A DNA stretch of 51,503 nucleotides from Chiloscyllium plagiosum (GCF_004010195.1 NC_057719.1:37562704-37614206), one strand, 5' to 3'; numbered from the stretch's first letter, positions 1 through 13,114 are shown. Notes: generated from the sequence alone by a model not told the origin. Made by a program: numbers and translations.

Positions 1-29
1 CCCTTTTACCCTGGCAAGACATTTTTCCT

Positions 30-290
30 AACCTCTCGGGGCTAGTGGCAAAATTAGGAGAGCTGGCTCACAGACTTGTCAAACAACAGCCTGCCATAGT
101 CATACACAGAGTTATACCTTACAGACAATGTCTCAGACGCTACCACCAGCATCATCATCACTAGGTATGTTCTATCGCATTGGCAAGGCAGAGTTGCCCT
201 GGGAGTTTTCAGCATTGATCCCAGACTCCATGAAGTCTTGTATCTTCAGCTCAAACAGGGAGTAAGGAACTTCCTGTTGATTAGTCCACC
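30..290 (+). mobile_element. Decayed LINE (CR1/L2-like clade) endonuclease-domain fragment
   Basis: Translates roughly to GLVAKLGELAHRLVKQQPAIVI..(E)SYLTDNVSDATT..I..YVLSHWQ, with frameshifts. This resembles the N-terminus of a LINE APE endonuclease. Confidence 0.5.
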
Positions 291-353
291 CCCAAAACCA
301 CTATCAGTACTGATCAAGCTGATTGGGTCCTGAAGGACATATCTTCTGTCTCG

Positions 354-698
354 GGAGAGATGATGGTCTAATGGTATTACCGCAAGACAATTAATCTGGA
401 AACTCAGCTAGTGTTCCAGGGATCCAGGTTCAACTCCTGCCAAGGCAGATGGTGGAATTTGTATCTGATAGTCTGGAATTAAGGGTCTTACATAACCATG
501 GAGACATTGCTGATTGTCATAAAAGCCCATCTGATTCACTAATGTCCATTAAGGAAGGAAATTGCCATCCTTACTTGGTCTGGCCTACATGGGACTCCAG
601 ATCCACAGCGATAAGGATGACTCTTAACTGCCTTTGGGGCAATAAATATTGGCCCTGCCAGGGATGCTCACGCCTTGTGAGTGAGTAAATAAATAAAA
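354..698 (+). mobile_element. tRNA-derived SINE with LINE-derived 3' tail
   Basis: A-box-like tggtctaatgg and B-box-like ggttcaactcc, a body of cccatctgattcactaatgtcc..., and an A-rich end. A second, reverse-complement copy lies at ~22243-22450. Confidence 0.7.
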
Positions 699-1636
699 CC
701 GCTAGATAGGGTCTGCAGGGAACCAACAACTGGCAAATTCTCAAACTACTAATCAAGGGCAATTAGAGACAGGTAACAAATGCAGTCCACATAGTGGCTG
801 GAGAAATGACAGGGAACATTTCCAGCCATTTCTGTTTTTTGTTCTTTGGTTTCCTTGATTAGAGAGAAGGTTGTTGCCAAGCAGCGTGGTGAGTTTCGCT
901 AATCAATATCGAGTCACCAATTAAAGGGGATTATTGCTTGTTCAACATCTTAATAGCAGCTCAACTCACTTCAATAAATATTCAGCTTACTACCTGACAC
1001 TATATGAGCTTGGCGTTGAGAATTCTCAACATAAACGGCAGAACATTTTCTGTCCTACTACAATGTGCAGCAGGCTCCAAGATGGTGCTCCAGGTTGGAC
1101 ACTGGGCACCAACATCCTGGGTCACATTCCATGGGTATTAGCTACAAGCACCAATGTCCACAGGCACTGGCACTTGTCATGTACGAGCATCTAAAGTTCT
1201 TCATGGTGTAGGTCTGAACCATGTACAGGACGTATCTACTTCAATGCAGCACCTTTGGACTGTACTAGCAACTATCATTATCATTCTGCTGCAAGGACAC
1301 TGTGTAGTTAAGGACACCAACTCAGCACATGGGCTGGACCAGGCTACACCTCTATGCTCTTGGCTCGTTGCCACAGCGCGCGCTCACTCCAAATCTACTT
1401 TCCTTGCGTTGTCTTGCCTTGCCTTTCTAACTGTGCCCCCTCAGGCAGTGATACCAGTTCTTCTGTCTTACCATTTTAATTCCATTACAAAGGCAAGAAG
1501 CTTGTCTTCATTGTCAGCAGGTGTTAGTAAAGTCAGGAGAGCTGGCCTTTACTCAGGGAGCCTGGCAAACCAAGTCCAGAGCAGCCTCTGGTACCAGTCT
1601 AGCAGCTTAGAACTGGTCAGTTGGCTATTTAGAGTG

Positions 1637-1751
1637 GGAGAAAGTGAGGACTGCAGATGCTGGCGATCAGAGCTTAAAAATGTGCTGCTGGAAAAGCGCA
1701 GCAGGTCAGGCAGCATCCAAGGAGAAGGAGAATCGACGTTTCGGGCATAAG
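1637..1751 (-). mobile_element. Short Penelope-derived repeat (family A), hammerhead 5' half truncated
   Basis: Near-identical to the copies at 20815, 25028 and 35233. On the minus strand it starts inside stem II (ttat-gccc-gaaa-cgtc). Confidence 0.8.
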
Positions 1752-2630
1752 TGGTGAGGGACAGCATCTGCTTCTCATAAATGAGTGAAGGGCTAAACAG
1801 TGGGCAGCACCACCTCTCAACTGGAGTCTTTCTGCCCTACTGAGTGCTGCTTTCATCCTGGAATGAGAGGGGCAGGAATTACAGGAGATGGGAGTGAGTG
1901 GCACAGCTGTTGGGCTGTCCCAAGCAACTGAGTAGACAGCACAGAGGGCACATAGGGTTAGTGGCATCAGGTTTGTGGTGGGTGAGAGTGAGACTGAGTA
2001 GAAAGATGTTACAGCCAAAAGAGCGAGAGTACAGTAGCAGAGGTGGAATGAATGGGAGGTATTGTGGAGAGGAAGGTGTGACTTAAGCTGGTGGAATGGA
2101 GAAAGTAATTGACACTCATCCTAACAATCACTGGGCAATCCTCCGGATGGTTGAGACTGCACTGAAAGGGGCAGAAACCTGGGAGCAGGCTGGCACTGTC
2201 TGGTGTTGTGGCCCTCACTGCTAGTCCTGGGTGACCTGGAGTGTCTGTACTACTCCGTCAAGCAGGAGATCCAGCACTCTGCCCACAAAGCAGCACACCG
2301 AATTCTCCTTGTCTGCCAAGTCTGGAGTGAATGACAGGAAGTGTGCAGGGCAGCTCTAGACCAATAGTGTTTGTCCAAACTTTCAAAGATGCTGCAGGCA
2401 CAAGAGATACGAGATATCTGCTGAGTGGTGAGACATACCCGGAGCAGTACATGGTAAGGTCGGGATATAACTGGACGTGAGGGATGCTATTAAAGTGAGG
2501 GGTGCCATTGTGTGAGGGAGGTAATTAATGATGTGAATTTGCTAAGATAGTGAGAAATCTTGCTAGGTCTCACAGCAATGATATCTCAAAATAAAACTCA
2601 ACACAACTTGCACTTAGCCAAAAACACACA
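1752..2630 (-). mobile_element. Old degenerate repeat, probably a Harbinger-like DNA transposon remnant
   Basis: Its end, caacacaacttgcacttagccaaaaac (~2599-2625), recurs at ~49816-49842 next to a Myb/SANT-like remnant. The class assignment is inferred. Confidence 0.3.
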
Positions 2631-4163
2631 AGATTTAGCACAATATTATGTTCATTTTTATTATGTTCATATTTAGTCAACATCCTCAGACTACTTTATG
2701 CAGCACTGCAACTAAATATAACACCAACTAAAATTCATTCAGCAATCTGAATTATTTTCTGTTATTTCAATGCCTACATACCAAGGAGGGGAGAGAATGG
2801 TAACGGAACATTGCACCATTTAAGATTGTAGGAAAGGGATTCTCCAGGCTTTCAGCACTTGGATTGCTGTTTAACCAGTGTTGCTTGAAGGTTTCTGTGC
2901 TTGAACTCAGGCTGTGCGACTCTGTTTAAAAATGCTACCAGCCTTTTAAAATCAGGCCACCTGTGAAGAATCTCTTTGGCTGAGACCCAGGAGATGTCCA
3001 CGGAACTGTATTCCAAATTAAACCACTATTTTTAGAATGGATGAATAAGAGAAAACAACAAAGAGAAAACCAGCTCTAACCCCTGTCAATCATGTTATAA
3101 CATTTTCGAAAGGTCAATGTCATGTTACCGAAAGAGATGTAATGAATTCTCTTGGAGCCTGGTCTTATGTATTCATAAAAATTGATTTATGATCTAAGCA
3201 TTTAAATTTTGTAAATAATTCTACAGCAGAGAACTCTCGTCTTTGTCAGATTATTCACACATTTTAGAATGTGTTCCTTCCCATTGATTGCATGGCACTA
3301 TTGCATCTTTTCTAAATGAATCCTAAGCTGATCTCATTGGCCTGGTATTCATCTTGGCCCTGCACCTTCCTCTGCTGCAACTGTCTGTGCATCTACCTTC
3401 TTTGAGCACGTGCACTGCTTTAACTGTTTCCTGTGACAAATCTTTGCATGGTCTAACATTACAAAGTCCGTACAAATAAATTTCTTTCAAACACACCCTC
3501 AAAATCTTGGTGACTATTTTAGATTATTGGCTCTTTAATCCTTACCTTCCAATGGTGGGAAATAAACTCAGATAGTTCGGTGAAGCAGTTCAGAGTGTGG
3601 CAGCTGCTGATCCAATCTTAAACCCTGGAGAAAGGATCTTTTCAATACCCTGGGCAGAGGCCTAATCTGCAGGTAGGTATAGGAGCTAGTCCATGGAGGA
3701 CATAGACTGGACCAGCAATAATGGAGTGAAAATATCCTGCGAATTCTTCAGGCAGGCAGCAATGGCAATGGTAATGGCTGTTACATTAAGGAAAATGTAG
3801 TGAATGAGGAAAATCAGAAAGGATAGTATAAAAGGATACGTATCAAAGATATTATTGAATTACTTCCTTATGAGAAAACTTTGAGAGTGGAGGTAATTAC
3901 TTGTACTCAACAATGACAATTTTTATTGGAAAGGTAATTAGGCCTTCACGTTTCTCCACAACACCATGTTGTGATACAACCAATATGCTGTATACCTTTC
4001 AGGATCATGCTCATGATGTCATCACCATACTGTGGCGTGGGACCTAATGGAGTAATGAAACTTGCAGTCTCCAACTTACTGAGTTTTTTGTGTATGATGC
4101 ACTGAGTGAACCATGTTGCTGTACATCTAAATTGCCTCACCTGAGCCCAGAAAATTGGCCTCC

Positions 4164-4291
4164 TTCCTGATGAAGGACTTTTGTCCAAAACATAGATTTT
4201 CCTGTTCCTCAGATGCTGCCTGACATGCTGTGCTTTTCCAGCACCACACTAATCTTGACTCTAATCTCCAGCATCTGCAGTACCTACTTCC
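4164..4291 (+). mobile_element. Short Penelope-derived repeat (family A), degenerate hammerhead
   Basis: ctgatga-a-ggac-tttt-gtcc-aaaac followed by the family A body (gatgctgcctgac..tgctgtgcttttccagca). Confidence 0.8.
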
Positions 4292-5554
4292 GTCCTGTGC
4301 AGGTGCACTCCTAATCATGATGCACATACATAGGGTGTTGTAAGAAAGGTTTGTTGCAATTTTCAGTACAACATGACTGTTGCAGGAGCTAACATAAGTT
4401 TCACAGCAAGACAGTGGAAGAGCAACAGTATATCAGCTACCACATCACATTATGGTGGCATCTGATAACACAGCATATTCAGTTCAAATGCAGTTATTGA
4501 CGTTTCTAACCAGTGCCACCGATGCTCTGACTTGCCTCCAATTCTCCTGCCTTGGGGTAATATTGTTTTATGAGAGTTTGAAGGACATCCTTGTCAAATT
4601 GCAGCATTTCACTTGCTGCAATATCTTAACAGCCCAGACGTGCAACTGCACAATCTTGAGAAGTGGAGGAATATAGCTGCAGCCAATTTTCAGCACTCAG
4701 ATTCAATAGAGTGCCTCCTGCTCCATTTTCCCTCATTGCATGTCATGGGATTGCCTGAAGCCAAATACCCAAATTCATACACTCTAGTCTAAGTAGGTGA
4801 TGTTGTCAGTTATGGTCACAAGTTGCTGCTGTCCACACTGTGTCCGTGGCTCTATCTTTTCCATAAGATCTACAAGCATTCTAATTCAGTCATAGCGAAA
4901 AAACCTTCATAGGCGGCCTCTTGTTGTTGCTGAGGGTTACAGCTCCTGACTCACCAGTAGCAACACTAAATGACTCACCACGCAAAGAGAACTGCCAGTG
5001 GTCCTGGCAGACAATGGCTTAATGGTACATGGAACTACGGGAAACATGAGTTCTTCAATGCAAAAACTAAGTAGTGCTTTGAGCTGTAAAACAACGGTGA
5101 ACCGAACGTGGCTGATCAGGAATCTCCCTGTCTTACTGCCTGTTGGAAGCATGTCAATTATCAACCTGTTTGGCTGTGTCATAGATGCTCTTTTCATGGC
5201 TAACAAATCCTAGAGTGGGACTCAAACCCACAGCTTCTGGCTCAGTGAAATATGTGCTGCTCACTAAGCCACAAGACCTGCCCATGTCCACGCTCCTTTT
5301 ACATGCATCAATACAGAACTGAATCGAATCTCCACCTCATCTTTTACGTTATGATGATTCTTTAATCCTGAAGCTTCTAGCTTCCCACCTATTACTACTC
5401 AGCTAATGGCAGTGTGGATAAGTTACCTTTATTGTTTCAGGGGTAGTTTAACCTTAGATACCATTACTCTGTGTAAGTACTGACAGTGAGTGGCAGCAGG
5501 TAACTTCCATGAAGATAAAGTCCAGTGAGATGCAAAGATTGCACATATATGCAT

Positions 5555-6875
5555 TTTAAAAAATTTTAAACATATACTTTATTCATTAAAGAAATTACAC
5601 ATATACACACAAAGTCACTCGAGCAGTTGCTACCGTGCAGTAGCATATGGAGAAACAAGCAAACATTAGAGTTTGACTCTATTCAACAAACAAACCAAAG
5701 GCATTTCTTACTTATACAAGACTAAGTATATTTGAGGGAGGATCCAATAACTGAATGGACTCCCATTTAGCTTTGGCAGAAAGATCTTAGACAGTGGTCT
5801 TTCCCTACTGTGTCCCATGTTTTAGTGCATCCCTCAGCACATAGTCCCAGACCTTGGAATGTGCCAGTCTGCAACACTCGGTCAAGGTCAACTCCTTGCT
5901 CTGGAAGACCAACATGTTTCGGGCAGACTAAAGAGTGTCTTTCATTGAGTTGATGGTCTTCCAGACACAGTTGATGTTTATCTTGGTGTCAGTCCCATGG
6001 AACAGGCCATAAGACAGAGAGCATTACGTCACAGAGCTGTTCGGGATGAACCTCGATAAAAGCCACTGCTTATTTTTCCAGATTTCTTTTGCAAAGGCAC
6101 ATTCAAGCAGGAGATGTGCGACAGTCTCTACATCCCTCCACAGCTGCTTCGAGGGTAGGGTGTGGTAGAGCAGACCGCCTAGGTGTACAAGGAGGATCTC
6201 ACAGGTAGTGCCCCTCTCCCCGCCAGCCAAATGATGTCTTGGTGCTTATTGGAACGTTCTGGGGATGAGGCATTTTGCCAAGTGACTTTAACAGTCTGCT
6301 CAAGGAACCACATGATAGGATTCACTCTGTGCTTTTCCCACAGGGTCTTGAGGATGCTATCTACTGACCACATCCTGATGGACCTGTGGTGAAAGGCATT
6401 TTTCTTTGCAAAGTTCTCCTCAAAGAACAAATGATACAGAACGGTTTGACTATTTGGAGTATTCTGTGGCAACAAGGCTAGTCCCATTCTTCGCAACACC
6501 CAGGACATGTAAAACCTCAGTACGTAGTAACATTCAGTGTTTGTGTACTGAGGGTCTATGCACAGCTTGATGCAGCCACACAAAGGTGGCCATCAGGATG
6601 AGAACAGTGATGAGTATGTTCTTCTCCCCTTATCCAGAGTTTTGTATACGGTGCCCCTGCGGACAGAGTCCACCTTAGATCTCCAGATGAAATGGAGGAT
6701 GACTCGGGTGACTACAACAGTGTAGGTTCTGGGAATGCACCTGACCCAGACCACATACAACAATGAAGAGAGTGTCTCACTCCTGATGACCAGGTTTTTA
6801 TCCAAAGTGGAGAGGGAGCAGTACTCCCATAGGAACAGTTTCTGCCTCACCCTGGTGATGCACTCCTCCCACATT
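5555..6875 (-). mobile_element. 5'-truncated L1/Tx1-clade LINE, ORF2 C-terminal part (zf-RVT-like CCHC region) plus 3' UTR
   Basis: Minus-strand frameshifted peptides WEECITRVRQKL..W..SLS..KNLVIRSE, HFIWRSK, WQNASSPERSNKHQDIIWL and ETVAHLLLECAFAKEIW. AATAAA and an A-rich tail at ~5555-5585 on the minus strand. Confidence 0.85.
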
Positions 6876-7559
6876 GGTCTGTATGATACTAGATAATCTC
6901 ACTGATCTATTGGGAGAACTTCCCAACACTTCACATGTTGAATACATTTTTTAAAGTGATGCAAAATGTCTATTTAGCAATTAAACAGTCCAATTCAATT
7001 TGAAACAACATGAAAGCTGGTTCTTGTTAGCCAGAGAGACACTTACCCTTATATACTCTGTTCAACTTGCTTTAAATACCAGGAGCAATGTAATTTTAAG
7101 TGAGGAAAACACAATTTAAAATACTGGTATACAATAACCCAATACTTCAGATTATAATTCCATTAAATGAGAACATTCGTAAGATGTGAATGACCTGCCC
7201 TCATGAAGAGCAACATTAACATTAGAAATTCCTAGTACTGCGGGACTGCAATACTCTAAAAAACACTCAGACTATTTTCATACGTTTAAATGTGTCTCAT
7301 ATAGTTAACTCCTGACCTCTGCTGTCTTTATTTTAACTCCATTACCCTTTGGATATTTACAGATTTGAGAGTCCTGCAGACTCATCAGCTGAGCGAATGA
7401 TTTGTATTTGACCTAGCTGCATATTTAAAATAAAACAAGTTTAGCTGAAGCTGCTGACGGCTGGCGAGCATTTGCCGCAGAGTATTCAGTTTTTAAATCT
7501 GTACCACAGCGCAGAAGCTGAGAGCTGAGGACGAAGCAATAAACTGAACTGGCACTTAC

Positions 7560-7587
7560 CCAGAGTTAATCCCTCACAGTCAGACAT
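7560..7587 (-). CDS. Candidate short first coding exon (MSDCEGLTL + 1 nt) of an unidentified host gene
   Basis: Minus strand gtgATGTCTGACTGTGAGGGATTAACTCTGG|GTAAGT. It has a consensus donor, a purine at -3 and an upstream in-frame TGA, and lies in non-repetitive sequence. No downstream exon was found. Confidence 0.35.
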
Positions 7588-9021
7588 CACGTACAAGGAG
7601 GGTTTTTTTTTTAATTTCTTTCTGCTTTCTCACTTCTGCGTTAATACCCAAATCACAGTAAAAACCTACGGTTAAAGTCTTCCACTGCAGTGCACGCTGT
7701 GAACAGTAACCAACCCCAGCTGCAACTTGACAGAAATCCCCACCCTGAGCTAATGCAAACAAACAGTCCAGCTTCTTAATATGGGATGCAAAGAATGCAC
7801 TTCTGTGCCAGAACTCTCTACTCCTATTGGTGGATAAAATTACTTTTCCCCGCCTACTTCCATAATATTCCCAGCCAAGGTCACTGAAGTCATAGTGGAT
7901 ATTGTAATTGCCATTGAAAAATTAATGAGGCAAGAAAGTATATATACAGGACAGCAGTAGAAGGTCGGATTGATTTAAATTGTACTCATCCCTATGTCAG
8001 CTGATGTCATGTTACAACTAAAGACAATGCTGCATTTTCTGCATCTATAACCACAGAGAACAAGCAGTCACTCAATAAACTACACTGGGAGGTCCACAAA
8101 TACAAGTGGAGGCATTTAAAATGATAACGTCAACATCAGCCGGAATACAGTCTCAGCTTTTATTGATGTTCTGTTTGGTTTGTGCACTTTCCAACAAAAG
8201 TATCAGATGTTTTCGTCAAGGCAAGGAATCAGCGTTATCTTTTTCCTCATTTGGCGTCCGCACAATAGATACAGGATCTGTTTACTTTTACTGAGGCCGG
8301 AAAGGGCCTTCTATCATTCTGTGTAACTTTGTCCTTTGTTGATTACAGAGGCCAAGGGCCAATTGTCATTGTGCAGTGTTAGAGAATGGACTAAAGTATT
8401 GCCAATGGATGTCTTCAGTGATTGGCCCGAGTCATTTTGATGCTCAGGCCTCAGTGCATCTGATGAGCCAGCTGGAGGTATGAAACCCCCAAACAAGGCA
8501 GGGGGAAGGGAGAGGAAAACTGTCAGTCCCACTACCAAATGAGGCTACACTTTAAGGCTTTGGTATAGCTCTGGATTAGCATTGTTTGGGGCAACGTGTG
8601 TGAGGGCAATGGGCAAAGAGGCACAAATGACAGATATTGGAGAGCTCAGGAGCAGCACCCACCTAAAAAAAATGATTAATTAGAACCTTATAATTTTGTT
8701 GAATAGCTTGAAGCTCCATTGAAGGACTTCAGGTTAGATCATTCAATAGGTAGGATACTCACTGTGGTAATTCAACCCACTGCTAGATGCAAATTGCACC
8801 ATGCTCCTCCATATAAAATTTCGCTTTATTTACCACTTTAATCAGGTGTCCTTCTGTTTTAGGAAATCTTCGGTTGAATTAAACAAGGATGCATGAGGCA
8901 GAATGGTTTGAATAATTCAAACAGGACCTACATTAGTTTCAGTCTTGACAGATTCCTGTTAAAAGACAGAAACGCAATGACCACACAGCAATCAATTATT
9001 ATTATCACAGGCACTCAGAGA

Positions 9022-9125
9022 GAAGACTCAAAATGTTAACTCTGTTTCTCTCTCCACAGATGCTGCCAGACCTGCTGAGTTTCTCCAGCATTCTCTGTGT
9101 GTTTCAGATTTCCAGCATCCATTTT
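9022..9125 (+). mobile_element. Old Penelope-type terminal repeat fragment (family D)
   Basis: gactcaaaatgttaactctgtttctctctccacagatgctgccagacctgctgagtttctccagca, which is related to 23645-23755, 11435-11575 and (inverted) 9350-9430. Confidence 0.6.
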
Positions 9126-9344
9126 TTTTTTAATTTGAGGCCATAATCCTGGCCTTGCGAATAATATACACATCCTGAAAACAAATTTTTAAAATAGCAC
9201 GGGCATAACACAATGGACATCTACTGGGACAAACAACCTCCGATATGGTAACCGATAGCAGTGTTATCATACCAACTTGTTACATTTTTGTACTATGTTA
9301 CATTCTGAGCTTCCTTCCAACTATATTGTAATAAAAGTGGAATG

Positions 9345-11085
9345 CTCTAGATGCTGAATAACATAAAACAGAAACTGCTGGAAAGACTCAGTACCTGTGG
9401 AGATAAACAGAGTTAATAGTTCGACTCCAACATGATTGAAGGGAGGAAGGAGTATGGTGGCTTTCATGCTGTTGAAAAGATAAGAGGCTGGTGGAACAAA
9501 AGAGAAAGTCAGGGTAAGGTGAGATGGTAAGGGAAATTAGAGATCACAGATCTCATGTTTCAAAAAGCAAACGGAGTGGTAATGGTCATAGCAAAGAAAC
9601 AAAGCATTGGTAATTGTGAATAGTGAAGTAAAAGTCAGCTCTGAATGAAAGTAAAAATGTGAGGACAAGATACAGGCTGCTTTTTCCAAGTATTCTGGGG
9701 GGGGAGGGGGAATTAAGCAGAGGACAGGACAAAGTCTACAGTTGGTGAACTCAATTTTGAGCCCAAAAGGCTGGAATGTGTTGAAACACAAGATGAGATG
9801 CTGATCCTACAATGTGCATTCAGCTTGATTGGAACACTGCAACAGGTCTAGCTCCAAAACGTGAGCATGAGAGCAGGATGGTGTTACAAAATAACAAGCG
9901 ACTGGTGGATTGGATCATGTTTGTGGATGGAACGGAGGTGTCCAACAAAGTCTACATTTGTTTACATTGTGTGGGAGAATCTGTATTGTGTGCAGTAAAT
10001 ACAATAGACTATGATGTGGAAGTGCTGGTGTGGACAAGGTCAGAAATAATACTAGAACAGGCTATAGTCCAACAGGTTGATGTGAAATCACAAGCTTTGG
10101 TTAGAACCTCGGTATGCAGCTCCTATACCTATCTTGTTATTCCAGCCATTTGGTTTGTCTCCAGCAGCACCTTACTTTTAATTATTTGTAATTATCGCTC
10201 TGCCTCAATTAATCGGATTGTAGGTCAGCCCTTCCATTGCTGTTCAGCTATTAACACTTTACTTACATTGTCTGATGCTTTTGATCATCTGCAGAGACTT
10301 ATTCAGCCTGTTGACACTCCACTCGCATCATTTGTATGATCTCTCGATCTCTCTGCCAACAAATTGTGTGCCTGTGTGCTTCTCTTCGATTCACCTGAAG
10401 AAGGGGCAGTGCCCTGAAATCTTGTGATTTCAAATGAACCTGTTGGACTGTAACATGGTGACATATGACTTCTGACCTAGAACAGACTATATTGAAGGAG
10501 GCACAAACAAAATTCACTGCTTCACCTTTGAAACTTCAGATCGTGAGGAGAGAGGAGGCAAAGGGGCAGGTCTGCAATTGCACAAGTAGGTGCCCTGAAA
10601 ATGGAATGTGGGGTTGGGGGGGGCAATAGGAGTGAAGAAATAGAAGTGTCTGAGGAGAAAGCAGTCCCTTTGCAATACAGGGAGGGTAAAGAGAAATATA
10701 TTTGCTGGTGGTATGATGTTGGAGGTGGCAGAAAAAGCAGAGGATGGATGATCTTTTGAATTCAGAAGCTGGGGTGGAAAGTGAGGACAAGGAAAATCCT
10801 ATTGTGATTCTGGTGAGAGAGGGAAGGGGTGATGATGGAAGCCCGGCATGTGGTTCAGATATTGTCGAGGGCCCTGTCAACCTGGGGCGAGGATGTTAGA
10901 AACAGTGGTTGGGGAATAAGAAAGAAATGTCAGAAGCTCCATTGTGGAAGCTGGTGTCATGAGAACCAAGAAGATGGAGACAAAAGAAACTGGTAGAAAG
11001 AAATGGAATCCTTACAAAGTGTAGTCAAGGTAACTGTCAGAGTCAGTGGGCTTACAATGAATGTTATGAGAGAGTCGATCTCCTG
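9345..11085 (-). mobile_element. Highly decayed Penelope-like element (RT C-terminus / GIY-YIG region and terminal repeat)
   Basis: The reverse complement is colinear with the PLE at 25500-26100 (e.g. taagcccactgactct, gttgacagggccctc, catcatacc). It is interrupted by the element at 10037-10478. Confidence 0.65.
10037..10478 (+). mobile_element. Penelope-derived insertion (family B) with inverted ends and a degenerate hammerhead
   Basis: 10037-10100 is an imperfect reverse complement of 10415-10478. The core ctgaaga-a-ggggc-agt-gccct-gaaa-tctt is at 10395-10423, and the 3' part matches 29412-29487. Confidence 0.7.
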
Positions 11086-11434
11086 AAAATCATATTAATT
11101 CTAAATTAATGTTTGCAATATGAAGTTGATGTTCATTAACATGGGGCTGATTTTCAAAGTGGAATCAAATCTCTAACATTTAGTCTAGCTCATCAATTTG
11201 ACCCCATTTCTAATCTGTGCTGCTCTTCCAATGCTACTTTGAAATGCAAATGTCATAATTGGCCAACAGTTGAGCTTGATGCCCAATTTGTAGAAACAAA
11301 TACCTTCAGAGAGCCGGAGATGCCTTTCCATGCCAGCAGCAAAGGCAAGCACTTGCGTCATATTGGGGTATGCTGCTGCCTTTCTAGGAAGCGGACAGTT
11401 CTCTGGAGTGTCACCAGTTCAACAATGACAAAAA

Positions 11435-11575
11435 CATTCTCAGAAACTGGTGGCAAGACTCAACAGGATGGCAGCATCTGTAGGAAGAAAGCAGAATTAA
11501 TGTTTCTAGTGGGTGACTCTGATTGTTTCTGGTTTTGGTTCAGATTTCTAGCATTTGCAGCATTTTGTATTATTT
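11435..11575. mobile_element. Old fold-back Penelope-type terminal repeat fragment (family D)
   Basis: cagaaactggtggcaagactcaacaggatggcagcatctgtagg, followed by inverse-orientation ttcagatttctagcatttgcagc. Confidence 0.5.
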
Positions 11576-12202
11576 AATTATATTAAAAAAGAGCCATGCA
11601 GGTACTGGACCAGCACCAGGCAATTCATGAGAGATTAGTGAGAAATCAACTCAAAGAAAGTCGGCAGTGGCCTCACAGTGAACTCAGCAGCTGTGCTTTA
11701 ACCTGCACCAGACTGTTCTCACCCACTAAGTGGAGCTTTGAAAGTTCCAAAGCCTCAAGGAGAGGCCTCATAATGAACTCCATAATAAGATCTTCCAACA
11801 CATTTCTCAGCCCCACCTCACTGTCCCAGCCCCATCTCACTGTGGCCCAGCACCTCCCTCACTGAGTCCCAGCCCCTCCCTCACTGGATCCCAGCCCCAT
11901 CCTCACTGAGTCCCAGCCTCGCCCTCACTGGATCCCAGCCCCACCCTCACTGAGTTCTAGCACCACCCTCACTGAGGCCCAACCCCTCAATAACTGAGGT
12001 CCAGCCCCACCCTCACTGAGGCCCAATCCCTCCCTAACTGAGGCCCAGCCTCACCCTCACTGAAGCCCAACCCCTCCCTCACTGAGGCCCAGCTCCACCC
12101 TCACTGAGGCCCAGCCCCTCCCTCACTGGGTCCCAGCCCCACCCTCACTGAGGCCCAACCCCTCAATAACTGAGGTCCAGCCCCACCCTCACTGAGGCCC
12201 AA

Positions 12203-12910
12203 NNNNNNNNNNNNNNNNNNNNNNNNNNNNNNNNNNNNNNNNNNNNNNNNNNNNNNNNNNNNNNNNNNNNNNNNNNNNNNNNNNNNNNNNNNNNNNNNNN
12301 NNNNNNNNNNNNNNNNNNNNNNNNNNNNNNNNNNNNNNNNNNNNNNNNNNNNNNNNNNNNNNNNNNNNNNNNNNNNNNNNNNNNNNNNNNNNNNNNNNNN
12401 NNNNNNNNNNNNNNNNNNNNNNNNNNNNNNNNNNNNNNNNNNNNNNNNNNNNNNNNNNNNNNNNNNNNNNNNNNNNNNNNNNNNNNNNNNNNNNNNNNNN
12501 NNNNNNNNNNNNNNNNNNNNNNNNNNNNNNNNNNNNNNNNNNNNNNNNNNNNNNNNNNNNNNNNNNNNNNNNNNNNNNNNNNNNNNNNNNNNNNNNNNNN
12601 NNNNNNNNNNNNNNNNNNNNNNNNNNNNNNNNNNNNNNNNNNNNNNNNNNNNNNNNNNNNNNNNNNNNNNNNNNNNNNNNNNNNNNNNNNNNNNNNNNNN
12701 NNNNNNNNNNNNNNNNNNNNNNNNNNNNNNNNNNNNNNNNNNNNNNNNNNNNNNNNNNNNNNNNNNNNNNNNNNNNNNNNNNNNNNNNNNNNNNNNNNNN
12801 NNNNNNNNNNNNNNNNNNNNNNNNNNNNNNNNNNNNNNNNNNNNNNNNNNNNNNNNNNNNNNNNNNNNNNNNNNNNNNNNNNNNNNNNNNNNNNNNNNNN
12901 NNNNNNNNNN
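12203..12910. other. Assembly gap (708 N)
   Basis: Run of N inside the minisatellite. Confidence 0.99.
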
Positions 12911-13114
12911 CACCCTCACTGAGTCCCAGCCCCACCCTCCCTAGGTCCCAGCCCCTCCCTCACTGAGTCCCAGCCCCACCCTCCCTGGGTCCCAGCCCCT
13001 CCCTCACTGAGCCCCAGCCCCACCCTCCCAGGGTCCCAGCCCCTCCCTTACTGAGTCCCAGCCCCATCCTCACTTGGTCCCAGCCCCACCCTCACTGGGT
13101 CCTAGCCCCTCCCT

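Noticed and set aside
1154..1750. 198-aa ORF
   Set aside because: No recognisable domain, and its 3' end is read through a Penelope-derived repeat (NVLLEKRSRSGSIQG also appears in other copies).
7040..7052. Second minus-strand GTAAGT donor-like site
   Set aside because: No plausible start codon, acceptor or coding frame could be tied to it.
9812..10339. 175-aa ORF
   Set aside because: It spans the junction of two nested repeats, antisense to a decayed PLE.
12101..12935. 248-aa and 272-aa ORFs
   Set aside because: They are artefacts of the N gap.
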